Positions 1 to 13,152 are shown, numbered from the whole stretch's first letter. The stretch is DNA of 61,744 nt, filler included, from Diploschistes diacapsis (GCA_023645945.1; 12 parts of 12 records of this genome joined end to end with filler, not necessarily neighbours in it), one strand, 5' to 3'. The notes: generated from the sequence alone by a model not told the origin. Program-made: numbers and translations.

Positions 1-688
1 GGCGGATACCTCCTGTATGGATTATGGGCTATGGGCATAGGCTATGGGCATGGACATACATAGATGAATCGATATCGTACACCGCATAAGAAACATTTTC
101 CTCTCCAAATACATGTTCCACTAGTCCGCCCCTACCAACAAACGGCAGACAGACGGCAGATGAGAGCCGCACATATAGGATGCGTGACCGTGCTGGATTG
201 CCCTGAGCGAATGCCTTGACCATGGCGTGCTAGATGTATATACTTCCATAGGTTTACTGTGTGGTCTTAAATACTGCCTGCTTACTCGCTCGCTCGCTTG
301 CTCGCTTGCTTGCTTTACAAAGATATGAAGTAAGATGTTGGGGCAAGCTGGGTAGTAAATGGCCAATAATTTTGTATCTATATATGTATGTATGTATGTA
401 GGAGAGGGCTATGTGTTCTAGGCTTATAGACAGGAAAAACAGAGATTCTGCGGGCGATGATTATATATATTATATATATAAGGAGTGGTGGGATATGGTT
501 GAGGGGGTTTCGTTACCCAAGATGGGATTGATTTATTGATTTATTTGTTTGTTTGTTTTTTTGGTTTGTCTTTTTTAGATGGATGGTCGTCGTAATTCTC
601 TCGTGTCTGTTTTGTGTGTGCGTATAATATCTATATGTTTTCACAACCCTTCTATCCGGGTTCTGGAGTTGTACGTTGTAAATAAGCC

Positions 689-2308
689 ATGGACCAGAAG
701 AAACCAGTCCGACTCTGTTCGCGCGTCTTGCGTAACGTTCTTCTAGTCCCGGAGCTCCTTAGCATAATCTTTGGGTTTCTCAAGCAACATCCACCGAGCC
801 TGGCAGCATGCATGAGGACCAACCAGACCTGGTTCGTGGAAGCCGGAAGGATCTTATGGGCTTATTGCGGCCTATCGCGAGGATCACCTCGCGTCTGCAA
901 CCTACAAGCTCTGTCCCGAGATCCTCACCGGCTGCAACTCTACGCCAACTTCATCCAGAATTTATATTTCCGAAAGGAGAGCCGTGCTTTCGACGAATCA
1001 TCTGACAGCGGCTCCGATAGCGATGACACCTTTGAGGAAACACGCTATCATTCTTCATTCGTCGCTGTATCATTTCCACGGCTGAAAAGCCTCACGCTGC
1101 GGGGTGGTAAGGCCTGCTCGCACCATAATCGCCCTTACAACCTACACCAATATCTGCAGCCCTGTCTCGAGACCATTGACATTCACCATGGGATTCTAAC
1201 TTCAGGCTTCTTCAATTCTATGAAGGTAGAGTTCCCTATCGCGAGCGGAGCCGCAGCTGTGTTTTGCTGGATCAGGCTGACGGAGTGAAAGGATCGCTGC
1301 CCCCGACTAAGATCTCTTGCGCTTCTGGATGTTCCATACCTCTGCGATGCCGACCCAAACGTCAACTTGACCGAGGAGGCCTTCGCATCCTGCTTGCAAA
1401 GTTTACCGCTTCTCAAGAGTTTTGGTGTGTCACAATCGTTCTTTGTAGGGCTGAAAGCCGATGCAATCATTCTAGCGCTGGCCGGATGTCCAAGCCTGGA
1501 ATCGACCGATCTGCCTCTGCTCTCTGTCGACATATTTAGCCGTCTAAAGCAGCTGCCTGGGGGCTCTTTTCCGAGGCTGAAGGAGGTCCGTGTAACCACT
1601 CCAGAAACTTGCATTGAAAAGATGTGGCCAGAGTTCCTGAAACTCCGGACACTCAATATCGTACTCTCGGGCTCAAGCTTCACGGCCTTGCAAGCATGTG
1701 CAATGTTCAAAAATCTGCATCGTCTGAGCATCCTGACCGACAAAGGAAAGCCATCCATTGTCAAAGGTACTGATTTGATTACTCTGGCCGAGAGCTGTTC
1801 GGGTCTTCGAATGCTCCATATTAAGTCGCGTCCTGGGCGACCTTCTCGCGCAGAGGGAATCACGGATGGAGTAATCAACCAGCTCGCGGAACTGCTTCCG
1901 GATCTCAGATATTTACGGCTTGATCTGGAGGGCACATATCTCACGGAGGAGAGCCTGTCCTCGCTCGGACAACACTGTCCGCTTTTAACGCTTTGTGCTA
2001 TTCATGCCAAGGTCCGCTTTCGACGGCTAATTGACCGGTTTCAACGGACGCTCTTTCCATGTCTGCATCACCTCGCCGTGTATGCGTACAGCGACTTGGA
2101 TCAGGAAAGAGAGGCGGAAGACGTCAATACCCTGGCCGAAGGCCTTTTACAATTAGCACCGGGTCTGAACTCCATTTTGGTGGAGGGATCGCCATATTGG
2201 CGTGACACAGAAGTATTGGAAAACACCTTGCACAATATCAAAATTCGCCGCCGGCGGTACGCAGTGCAAGGGGATCCTAGCGCATGGTCATCTCTAAGTG
2301 AATTCTAG
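689..2308 (+). CDS. F-box/RNI-like leucine-rich-repeat protein, 2 exons (689-1225, 1292-2308)
   Basis: N-terminal F-box-like 'VLLVPELLSIIFGFL...ACMRTNQTWF' followed by LRR-like 'CPRLRSLAL', 'CPSLESTDL', 'LPDLRYLRL'. A GTAGAG...GCTGAC...AAG intron (1226-1291) joins the two ORFs in frame. Confidence 0.8.
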
Positions 2309-2924
2309 CTAGTTACCGTGTTGAAGTGTAAGAGCCAGGGGTCTTGAGCTTGCCGGTTTCCTAGTTGCCGTCCTATGCATGGTTGCGGCATGCTAAGCTG
2401 TGGTTTATCTGGTGACTAAACACCAAGGAAGATTTCGTGAGAAAACAACCCGAGAAGACTAGCAAGGCACCCCAATTCTTTGAAGAGTGTTTTTAGAGTA
2501 TCGTAGCACATCCGACTGCTCACACGAAGCTTTCTGAAAAAAGAACAAGTAGCTTGATCTAATGTTCTTGTTTGCCTAACGGTGTGCCTCTAAGTCGCCA
2601 AGCCGCCAGGATAGAATCCCGCTTACCTCAGCCATCTCCAAACCACTCAGCCCTACGCTGGATGAGAGCTCGCAGCTCCATAGAGTCCCACCTGCAACTT
2701 CGCAGAATCATCCAGCGTCCCGAATCCATTGCGCTCTGCACTCGGCCTCACACCCATCAGCACCGGCTCTAGCTAAACCCAAGAAAACCGCTTCATACTT
2801 CCCGCGCTCGAGCGGAGCGCCGAGTTCCGTCCTCCATACTTGGTACTTCAAACCCCAGCTCCTCAACAACCCTCCCTTCCACTCCCTTTTCCAAAAAAAA
2901 ACAAAAAATAAACAGCAAGAGGCA

Positions 2925-3117
2925 ATGTCCGCCCTCCCCCCCAAATTCTTCTCCAACCCGCTGCGCTACCTGCGCTGGGCCTCGCACGAGCGGCCGGCCA
3001 TCTTCTTCAGCATCGTGCTGGGCTGCGCGGGCCCGCCGCTGATGGTCGTCGTGCCGCCGATCAGGAGGCGGTATTTTAACGATGGGCGGAGGGAGAAGGT
3101 GCCGATGACTTATCCCG
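2925..3117 (+). CDS. NADH:ubiquinone oxidoreductase 9.5 kDa subunit (NI9M/NDUFA3-like), exon 1; remainder lost at contig end
   Basis: MSALPPKFFSNPLRYLRWASHERPAIFFSIVLGCAGP...VPMTYP matches the fungal 9.5 kDa subunit pattern (recognised from memory). GTGAGT donor at 3118. Confidence 0.85.
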
Positions 3118-3195
3118 GTGAGTTTTTTTTCTTCCCAGTTTTTTCCTCGGTGGCTTTGGGATGGGAGGAGGAGATGGAGTGGGTTGAGACTGGGT

Positions 3196-3295
3196 NNNNN
3201 NNNNNNNNNNNNNNNNNNNNNNNNNNNNNNNNNNNNNNNTTAATTAATTAANNNNNNNNNNNNNNNNNNNNNNNNNNNNNNNNNNNNNNNNNNNN
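3196..3295. other. Artificial contig linker N44-TTAATTAATTAA-N44 (also 6489-6588, 9776-9875, 13053-13152, 16319-16418, 19584-19683, 22848-22947, 26104-26203, 29350-29449, 55263-55362, 58508-58607)
   Basis: Identical 100-nt spacer with six-frame stops occurs 11 times. Genes are cut at these points. Confidence 0.99.
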
Positions 3296-4050
3296 GGCCA
3301 AGAATAGGCCTAAATAAGAAATATTTAAATCTAAATTATTATTTATATAGGCTAAAAAAAAATTCTTTTCCTTTTTTTCGATAATATCGAAGTTTAATTA
3401 AATTTACGCTAAATTTTATCGATCATCTTAATAATCTTCGATATCTAATAGAGCCGCCACCTTCTTTATTAAATTTAGTCGAATCTTTTATTAATCCTCG
3501 AAATCTAGTAGAATCGCTATTTTCGCTGCTAGATCTTTTCGACTTTGTTTATTATCGAGAATCAGCTGAATTACGCTAAATCATCTCGATATCTCCGATA
3601 ATAATCGATATTTAATTAAATCACGCTGAACCTTTTCGATTATCTCGTTAATCTTCGACATCTGATAATACCGTTATTTATATTATTAAATCTAATCGAA
3701 CCCCTCGTTAATAATCGAAGTTCAGTTAAATTTACGTTAAATCTTATCGTCTATTTCGATATTTGATAATAATCGATATCTAACTTTACCGCCGTTAAAT
3801 CGATTCGATCTTTCGATAATTATCGATATTTAACCTATCGCCGTTGAATCATCTTGATATCTTCGATAATCACCGAGATCCAGCCGAAATATTTGTGGAT
3901 CTATTCCATCACTCGTTTATCATCGAAATTCAACTGAACCGCTATTAAATCTAATCGACTACTTTCGTTTTTATTACAAAAGATTACCTTCTGTACTATT
4001 ATTAAAATATTAATTATTAATTACTTATTTATCTTTAAAAACATTAACAA

Positions 4051-5140
4051 TATGAATAACAATTTATTCAAAAAGCGGGTTACTCCCGTCCTAAAAAAGA
4101 AGAACCAATAATAATGGTTCGAATATATAACTTAAAAATAAAGAAATAAACTACGTTTTTAATAATCAGCCACCGTCGCTTACAATAATCACTCCAAATG
4201 ATTCTATATTATTTACCCTTACCGATTCAGGTTCAGTATTTTTAAAATAAAACATCTGAATAGTAAAAGAAAGATTAATCGAAAATAAGTTATCACATCA
4301 TGATTTGTACGGGAGAGATCGATCAATAGAACGCCCCTACAGGAATACTACACAACCAGGGGCTGAGCCTAATCTGGAAGAATCACGTGTAGCTGCAATC
4401 TGTAGGCTGAATGGTTCAGATTCGAAAAGGTGAAGAAGAAACTATCTAGAAGGGAGTAGGGCACAAATAAATAGTCTGGATGCCAGCCCTACTGCCCTAA
4501 GGGGTTCAAACCTTGAACCCACAAACGATCAGGATGTTCCAATCAAGAACGTTTTCGTGGTTTATAGATTACGAAAGCTAGGCGGGATTTTTTAAAGATA
4601 AAATATTAGGCGATAATTGAACCTAAACGTCGATAATTGAACCTCGAGTTTATTAATTATAAATTTCAGGACGGTATTATTATATAAGAAGTTTGGATGT
4701 ATTTAGTGAAACTTTTAAAAAAGCTGTCGTACTACATAGGCGAATCGAATACGCCCTAAAGGTTTTTTTTTAGTAATTACTTATAGTATTGCCGCTTGAT
4801 TACGGAGTTATTATCGACGTTATTAATACGTAGATCGACGGTGTTTTATCCGCCGATATCGATTTCGATAGATGGTTTAATAGGCTGATCGATAAACAAA
4901 AGAAACTAATAGACGAGACTGTAGTATATTTCTTTCGTTACGATGGACCGTCTCGAATTTATTAGAAACGACCCGACAAAAAACGACGCCGTTATTCTAA
5001 TTTAATAAGAAGATATTTATTTTATAGAAATAATAACTATCGCGTAATATAGTGCAAGCTCGTTAAAGAATTTAAATAAATGGTTATCGCAGTAAAAGAT
5101 AAGAAGCGGGAGAAAAGAAAAGAACGTCACGAAAATTTTT
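4051..5140 (+). mobile_element. RIP-degraded Copia-like gag relic
   Basis: AT-rich and stop-ridden. N-terminus 'KRVTPVLKKKNQ**WFEY'. Near 5014-5055 the codons TAT-x2-TAT-x4-TAT-x4-TGC revert by single transitions to a CX2CX4HX4C zinc knuckle. Confidence 0.6.
4334..4523. mobile_element. ~190-bp GC-richer insertion (solo-LTR-like) inside the gag relic
   Basis: Abrupt composition change, flanked by AACG on both sides (4330-4333, 4524-4527), ends CCCACA with a GGGTTCAA-ACC-TTGAACCC hairpin. Confidence 0.4.
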
Positions 5141-5141
5141 T

Positions 5142-5341
5142 GGCGGCGAAACACCGCGAAAATCCGCGAAGTTGGCGAAACTGGCGAAACCGGCGAGGTG
5201 GGCGATAGATAATGCGTTCAAGCGACTCGCCAACTTTCGCCAAAAGGTTTGGCGAAACGTGGCGAAACCGGCGAAACCGGCGAAACTGGCGAAAGCTGGC
5301 GAAACTGGCGAAACTGGCGAAACTGGCGAAGATGGCGAGGC
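5142..5341. repeat. Tandem GGCGAAACY (9-bp) repeat block, resembling DNA-transposon subterminal repeats
   Basis: Directly visible run ggcgaaaccggcgaaaccggcgaaactggcgaaa..., with one inverted copy (tttcgcc). Confidence 0.85.
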
Positions 5342-5359
5342 CAATCCATTTTTTACTAA

Positions 5360-5700
5360 TATATTACGTAAGCAAAAAAATAAATATCTTCTTATTAAGC
5401 TAGAATAGCGGCGTCGTCTTTCGTCGAATCGTTCCTGGTAGGTTCGAGACGGTCCATCGTGACGAAAAAAATATACTGTAGTCTCGTCCGTCAGCTTTTT
5501 TTGTTTATCGGTTAATCTATTAAGTTATCTATCGAAATCGATATCGGCGGATAAAACACCGTCGATCTACGTATTAATAACGTCGACAATGATTCCGTAA
5601 TTAGACGGTAATGTTGTAAAAAACTATTAAAAGGGAATCTTTAAAACGTATTCGGTTCGCTTATACGACTGTTTTTTTGAAAATTTTATTATATATATCT
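5360..5700 (-). repeat. Inverted copy of the gag relic 4695-5051
   Basis: For example, gatatcggcggataaaacaccgtcgatctacgtattaataacgtcga is the reverse complement of 4814-4860. Mismatches are mainly transitions. Confidence 0.9.
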
Positions 5701-5703
5701 GAG

Positions 5704-6488
5704 TGTAAAGGTTAATACTACAGTGTGACAATAAGGCAGATAAGTGGCTATTCGGTGGCTAGATCTCTGCTAAACGATAGATATATTGATGAAATAATTT
5801 CTGAAAAATTATCTCTATCTGCGAAAACTCTGTTCTTATATAAGAACACGTTAGCGGGCCTTGATATATGCTTAGTATACCCCCTAATAGCCCTTATTGG
5901 GTTTTATGTATTATAATTTTTTTTAAGCTCTGTCCTTAAAACGTTTAACCCTCGTAACGTACCTTTATTGTCAGCTATACGATAATAGATCTTTAACGTA
6001 TCGTTAATCTTTTATATTCTGATAATATCAATTATTAATATATAATTTTATTTAATGTTTATTGACTCCTGATTAACGCGTCGACGGCGAGTCGTTAATA
6101 TTTTAATATATTGTTATTGTTGATTCACTATTAGCGTAAATTTAATATAAAGGTTCTATTTTCTTTATTTTTTTTTCTTTCTTTATTCCTATTTTCGTTA
6201 ATTACTTATTTTATTTTTATTGAATCTTTATTATCATATCTGAAAACGAAGACGTTCCTATTACCCCCAAAGATGAGGATATTCGCCCTAGAAAAATAAA
6301 GATGGCGACGTGTTATCGTATTATTATTATTGATTCATTATTAACGTAAATTTAATATAAAGGTTCTATTTTTTTTATCTATCCTTTTCTTTCTTTATTC
6401 CTATTTTCGTTAATTACTTATTTTATTTTTATTGAATCTTTATTATCATATCTGAAAACGAAGACGTTACTATTACCCCCAAAGATGA
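5704..6488 (-). mobile_element. LTR (same family as 10171-11071), truncated by contig end
   Basis: Begins TGTAAAGGTTAATACTACAGTGTGAC exactly as at 10171 and stays colinear with it for ~600 bp. Confidence 0.85.
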
Positions 6489-6588
6489 NNNNNNNNNNNN
6501 NNNNNNNNNNNNNNNNNNNNNNNNNNNNNNNNTTAATTAATTAANNNNNNNNNNNNNNNNNNNNNNNNNNNNNNNNNNNNNNNNNNNN

Positions 6589-7040
6589 GAATTATACGTT
6601 TTATATAAACTAAGTTTCTTACATCGTTTACGTTAATAATAAATATAATCGAAAAAAATTTAACGCGACCGTATTCAATTCAGTTCGAAGTTAAAAATCA
6701 CGATCGCGAATCTTTCATCTATCGATAAATATTAAATATCGCGATTTCGTAAACGATTTCCTAAAATTACTAATATTTAAACGAGATAAATCGAGTCGGA
6801 TAGATTTAATACAATAAATTACAAGGTTATATAACGGTAATTCAATATAATAATAATTTAATATAATAAAAGACAATAGGCGCCCGAAGATATCTATTTT
6901 ATAAATAAATTAAATTTTTATATTAATAATAATTTAATCGAATCGATTTAATAATATTATTATCGTATAATTCTTATCTTTTTTTAACAATTCGATGTCG
7001 CAATGTTTTCGCCGTTGAAAAGCGCGTTAACGTAAAAAAC
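6589..7040 (+). mobile_element. RIP-degraded Fot1/pogo-type (DDE_1) transposase fragment
   Basis: Translates to ...SYLF*QFDVAMFSPLKSAL, a decayed SHLLQPLDVxxFxPLK motif. Interrupted by an LTR at 7041. Confidence 0.7.
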
Positions 7041-9775
7041 TGTAGTAGCTATAATGCTACTAGGGAGAGTCGCTTGTTCTTGCTGGGCTCGCTTGTCCCT
7101 GCCCTCGCTGGCGTCGCCTGTGACGCCATAGGACATGATGCCATTGGGCATCCACCCGCTTAGTAGCTACAATAATAACTATAAAGAGCTCGATGGTAGC
7201 CATAGCTTTTAGAATACATCTTTACTTCACAAATCAATTTAAATCAATATTAACAAATGATAATAACGAATTAAACGACCAATTCCTAGAACAATCCTAG
7301 CTCCAACAATTCTTATATCCAATTCATATACTGAACTAAAATTCGTAATAAAGCTTCGGCCTTATAAAACTTCTTTCTTCCCCTCAATCTACAGCTACCA
7401 GAGCTTGTTCTATATATTATTTTATTTTCCTTTCCTTTCTCTAACTCAGTTATAATTAAGTTTTAATTATATATATCGATCTCGTCTTTAATCAACCTAT
7501 AATTAATTTAAAGCTAATTTTGATTTATTAATTATCAATTAATGTCTAAGAAGGTACCTTTAGTTAAGATTTCCTGGATTTATTTATATTTAAAAGAGAC
7601 GAGTATCGAATGCAAATTGCTTATTAGTTTAGAGTAAGCCCTGATCGGAAAGCAGCTTTTTAAATTAATTATCTCGATAAGAAATTTTTATATCAGAATT
7701 ATTAATTAAGGAATAGCGAGATAATTTCCTTTTAAGAACGTTATAACTACTATATTATATGTAAGCTGAAAATTAGTTTCGGGATTCGAAAAATTTTTTA
7801 TTTATTTTTTAATAAATCGTCCGTAATTACGAACATTTTCTATTAATAATTAAAAGATAACAAAAGTTTAATCGAAGATATTTTATCGTCGAAAAAAAGG
7901 AGTTTAGAAATAACACTTAATTTAGATCAGTTAAAAAAGAACGTTAATTAACGTTATTCCCGTTAAAATAAATAATAGACAAATCTTTTGTTTAAATTGA
8001 AGTTAAGATCTTTATTAAAAAATATTTAGTATAAATATTTAATTTATTTCTTAATAACGTTTCATCTAATAGACCCGAATTTGCTTATTATTAACGAGCT
8101 CGATCTTAACCTCCTGGTATTATTAACGAAGGATCTAAATCAAGTCTGTCGCATCTACAGTTTCGGTATACACCTCTAAATCAATCGAAAGAACCTGTGC
8201 TTGCTTCGTTTTTAACGGCTATAAGAATTATAATTATATTCGACAAGTAATTATTTAGGATGCCTACGATCGGAAAATAGTAGGATATAACGTTTATTTA
8301 AAGAAACGATATCTTACGGTCGCTAAAAGAATAGATAAAAGAAACTTTTTAAGAAGAAATAAATAATTTATTAGACAGTTACGAACGTCGACGAAATCGA
8401 CGACCATAGAATCTATAAAAAGATCTTCCCGAAAACGATCCGCCTACGATTACGATAAAACGCCAGTTTGATACTCGCACGGTCGGATACTTCGATCCAA
8501 ACCAGAATATTCCTACCGTCGAAATCAAAAACAAGTACAACGTGTATCACGATCCTTATGCCTTTGTCGAGAAACTTCGAACAAAGCTAACAATAGAAAC
8601 TAACGAATTCTTAATACAGAATTTAAATACCTGCTTACTAGAAACCGCGAATCGATAATATACAAAAAAAATCAATAAAATTACAAGAATCGAACTTCGC
8701 GTTAGCGATATTAAGATATAATGCGATAGTTTAATTATTCGCTTTAAGTAAAATTTAAATAAAATTTTATTTAATCTTAAGTTTCTACGATTCGGGATTC
8801 ACGATATATATGCTAACAAGGACCCTTTAGAATTCCTATTAAACTTCAAGCACTTAACGATACATGTCGACATCTTTCATAATGAGAAAACATAAACATT
8901 AATGGTTTATTAATATTTAAATATATAACTACGTCGAGACATCAGATTATTAAGAAATAATAACGTTAATTAATCTAATCTTATAAATCTAGTCCGTAAA
9001 ACGAAAGATATCTAAAAAAAAACTTAAGAACTATAATCGAGATTAAATCGCGATTAATAATAAACCCCTCGTCGCCAATAAATATAATCGTTAAATTTAT
9101 AGAACAGGCCATATCGACCGTTATAAACGCTTAATTTAAATTAATATAATAAATCGAATTAACGCTTTTTTTATTTTCTTTAATTATTTTCTTTTTCGTC
9201 CTCTTTTTTATTTTATAATCCTTATTATAACAGAAATACCATTAGAAGCACCGAATATAATTATTGTTTTCCGGTTCTTTTTCGTTCTTTCCCTTCTTAA
9301 ACTTACTTTCTTTATTATAATACATTAAGTTCCAATTCTTTTTAGAATTTTTAGAGTAGAGTTAATTAAAGTTCGATATCGTAGTTATTAATCATACAAG
9401 TATTCGTAAAGACCTTATCCGGTGGACGATAGCAACTAAACATAACCGCCTTAAACGCCGTACAGCCTAATAATGGATACGGGAACTATAATAATTACAA
9501 TAATAATAATCGGGGTACTTATGTTATTAATATTAGTATTTACGGGACGAATAGAAGACCTATCCGAGCTTATAATATTAAAATAAATAAAAATAATGAA
9601 TTAAGAATATCTTCGAAAGAGCTAATAGGAAACTATTTTTAGAATAATTAGAAGAAAGCTATCTACTATTAAAAGCTAGTTAATAAAGAAGCATTAAAAT
9701 AGTAGTCTCTTAATACTAACGAATCCGCTATGCCGTTAAATAATAATTAAGATTTCTATAACGTGAACGTTAATT
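7041..9775 (+). mobile_element. Ty3/Gypsy element: 5' LTR (~7041-7454) plus RIP-degraded gag
   Basis: TGTAG...TTATA (RIPed CTACA) termini. Gag-like 'VGYFDPNQNIPTVEIKNKYNVYHDPYAFVEKLRTK' near 8480-8585. Shares a gag segment (~9410-9460) with 16560-16610. Confidence 0.7.
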
Positions 9776-9875
9776 NNNNNNNNNNNNNNNNNNNNNNNNN
9801 NNNNNNNNNNNNNNNNNNNTTAATTAATTAANNNNNNNNNNNNNNNNNNNNNNNNNNNNNNNNNNNNNNNNNNNN

Positions 9876-10170
9876 TCGTAATATTTTCGTCGTTGAAAAG
9901 CGCGTTGGTGTAAAAGACGGATTATATTACTTAATTACATAAATCGCGTATAATATGTTCGAAATAAATCGAATTATTTTTAATAATTCGGAATCGAGTT
10001 GTTACGAGTCGAAACGCTTAGATAGATTTTATAAATATTAAATTATAATTTATTAATTTTATAATCGTGTTTAATTAACTTTTTTTAATTTATCGGATTT
10101 TTTTATTTTTATTTTTTAATTCTTTTTTAATCACGAATTAATTCGATTTGGATATATTTTTATTATATAA
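9876..10170 (+). mobile_element. Second Fot1/pogo transposase relic
   Basis: Shares ttttcg(c/t)cgttgaaaagcgcgtt with 7006-7028. Confidence 0.65.
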
Positions 10171-13052
10171 TGTAAAGGTTAATACTACAGTGTGACAATA
10201 AAGCAGATAACTGGCTATTCGGTGGCTAGATCTCTGCTAAACGATAGATGTACTGATGAAATAATTTCTAAAAAACTATCTCTGTCTACGAAAACTCTGT
10301 TCTTATATAAGAACACGTTAACGGGTTTGAATATATGCTTGACATACCCTTTGGTAGCCCTTATTAAGTTCTACGTATTATAATTATTTTTTTAAGCTCT
10401 ATTTTTAGAACGTTTAATCATCGTAACGTACCTTTATCGTTAATTATACGATAATAGATCTTTAACGTATTGTTAATCTTTTATGTTTTTATAATATTAA
10501 TCATTAATATATAATTTTATTTAATATTTATTAATTCCTGGCTAGCGCGTCGACGGCGAGTCGTGTTTATTTTAATATATTATTATTGTTGATTCCTGTT
10601 AGCGTAGGTTTAGTATAAAGGCTTTATTTTTTTTTATCTTTCTTTTTCTTTTTTTGTTCTTATTCTCGTTAGTTACTTATTTTATTCTTATCGAATCTTT
10701 ATTATCATGTCTGAGAGCGAAGACGTTCCTATTATCCCTAAAGATGAGAGCATTCGCCTTAGAAAGGTAAGAATGGCGATATAATATCGGGTTATAATTA
10801 ATAAATTAACGTATCGCCACCCCGAAGCATGAGTTAAAGAAATTCGCTTGTATTCGATATACGAAGTAAATCTTAATCTGATATGCAAATCATCTGTCAA
10901 ATTATCGTCTGGGAAGTGAGTATCCATTGTAGCTAATGTGGAGCGAAAAGCTACTTATATACAGTAGATGCCAAGCGGCATCGTCATAGATGCTGCCTAC
11001 TGCAGCGAGGTCGGCACCACCTGCCACCAGCTATCCTAAGCGATCCGCCAGCAAGCTCAGCATTTATTACAATATCCCCGTCCAGCACAAAGCTTATGCC
11101 CTTATAAGTATGTCGTTAGTATGTATTCTTGCCAATAGTTGTCCTAAAGTATTTTTCTTTTGATTATTTGTTATGGAAACAAAACCTCTAATAAAAGCGT
11201 CTAAAAATTTTTAAAAGGTAAAGCAGCTTTGATTCTTTTTAAAACGCCAAAACTTTAGTAATCCTTGTTAATCTTTGTATTCATCCTATCTCTAGTTTTG
11301 TTCTATTTTTGCAATCTTTTCGTGTATCCATTCGTAGTCGGCGACGACGTTTTTGGTATATCGTAGTAGCTTCTTACCCGATATTTATATATTTTCGCTG
11401 GCGTCGTATTCCGTTTAACGTATCAAGTATTTTGTTTTTTAACCTTTGTCTTTTTTAAGTCTTCTTTTAGCTAGTAATCTGTTCATTTCGTAGTATTCTT
11501 CTTTCAAGTTTATAGTAACAGGCGGAAGGGGTAAGAAACGGCGGTAGTAAGGATCGTCGGCGGGATCTAAAATAGGTTCTAAATATATTATATTAATGAC
11601 ATCGTGTATCTTGTAGTGTTCGAGGAGTTCGAGCCTATAGGCGAGCTTATTTACTCGTTTAAGAATTTTGAAAGGATTAGTAAATTATGGCGAAAGCTTT
11701 TTATTTAGGGTTACGGGTATTTTATATCTTTTATATAATCGTAATATCGTAAAATCCTTTTTACGTATAAAGCATATTTTGTGTTTCCGATTATATATTT
11801 CTTTTATAATAATTTTTATTATAGTTAATGTATCTTTCGTATTTATAATATCCGGTTTTAATCGTATTAGGTCGGCGATTATATCGCGTTTGCGTCGTAT
11901 TTCTCGTTGTATGGTATCTTAGGGTAAGATAATCGCTCCGGCATCGCGAGTTTCGTCTTTATATGTATTTGTAGGTCTTAGTGCCTGTCTTCTGGGTGTA
12001 ATAGCAGGAAATGCGGTAGTCGCGGTTATTACGGTTCCTTTCTTTTGAATATCGGTATCTTCTTTAAATGCCTTAATATTTCTTCTAGTAGTAACTTCTG
12101 GTGTATATTATTTTTTAGTTCTTTGAAGTATCCTGATCTTTATACCCGGCATTCTTGTATGTGATTATGCTCGCTAAGCAGCTTCGTTCCGTGTCGTAGC
12201 GAATGCTTCAACTTTAACGGTAATGGGGTTTATTGTAGAGAAATTGGCGGTATCTGTTGCAGGTTATGCGTCTAATAAATTGTTAGTTGATTATTTTATT
12301 TCTAAAGGATCTATTTTTGGTTCTAGAGCTATTAAATTAAGTAGCTCGCGTAGACGAAAGCCGTAAAGTATTTTTAAAGGAGACAATTTAGTAATATTAA
12401 AGTTTATCGAGTTGTTAATTATAAACTAGACTTTCGCCAGTTCTGATATCCAGTTTCGCTCGTCTGATAATTAACTGATATAATAACGAAGCGCTATTTC
12501 GACTATCTAGTTCGTTCGTTCCGAAAATCCATCCGTCTATAGATAATAGACAGTCGAGGTAAAACCCGTTATTTATAATTCTTTCAGAATTGCTTTTCAA
12601 AAATTCGACAAAAACTTTAGATCTCTGTCCGAGATTAATACGCGAGATAAACCCTAATTTACGAGCCTTAGTCTATAAACTAAAGCTGCAGCCCATCTTT
12701 TAATAAACTATACTTTTTTGCCCGTAATCAATAAAATGGCCTTCGTGAACTTATCCGTAATTAATAGTATCGTATCGTAATTATCTTTCGTAATAAGCAA
12801 CGTCAGTATAAAGTTAATAATAATAGTATGGAATGGCTTAACCGGCGCCGGGATCGGTTATAGAAAGTTATATGGTTTATATCTAGATATCTTATTAGCC
12901 TAATATATTAAATAAAATCGTATATATCTTAAATATTTATTATTATCGTAAATTTATTTAAAGAACCTTGTTTCGAGCGACGAAAGTACGTAAAGACGGT
13001 ATCCTACGATAAGATCGTTAAAATATAGGATACCGTTAATTATCTTATAAGG
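10171..13052 (-). mobile_element. Chromovirus-type Gypsy relic: integrase + chromodomain, PPT, 3' LTR (10171-11071)
   Basis: LTR TGTAA...TTACA. The adjacent minus-strand purine tract is GGACGGGGATAT. Minus-strand remnants read PIPAPVKPFHTI (integrase), LAYRLELLEHYKIHDVI (GPY/F region) and KYLIR*TEYD (chromodomain). Many RIP stops. Confidence 0.85.
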
Positions 13053-13152
13053 NNNNNNNNNNNNNNNNNNNNNNNNNNNNNNNNNNNNNNNNNNNNTTAA
13101 TTAATTAANNNNNNNNNNNNNNNNNNNNNNNNNNNNNNNNNNNNNNNNNNNN

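Noticed and set aside
1..366. Possible small multi-intron minus-strand gene at the window start
   Set aside because: GT...AG-like segments exist, but I could not build a consistent recognisable reading frame.
1183..1944. Long antisense ORFs over real genes (also 31007-31576, 53185-53751, 37887-38330)
   Set aside because: Shadow ORFs of GC-rich coding sequence with no motifs of their own.
3196..3295. TTAATTAATTAA palindrome repeated 11 times between N runs
   Set aside because: Artificial six-frame-stop linker, not biology. ORFs running into it (ending ...LIN) are artefacts.
5084..5408. ORFs with AKLAKP/GETGET/RRNWRK repeats
   Set aside because: Translations of the stop-free 9-bp GGCGAAACY array in several frames.
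5725..5916. Duplicated 63-aa ORF (also 10192-10383)
   Set aside because: Lies within two copies of the same LTR and has a GTG start. The similarity reflects the repeat, not a gene.
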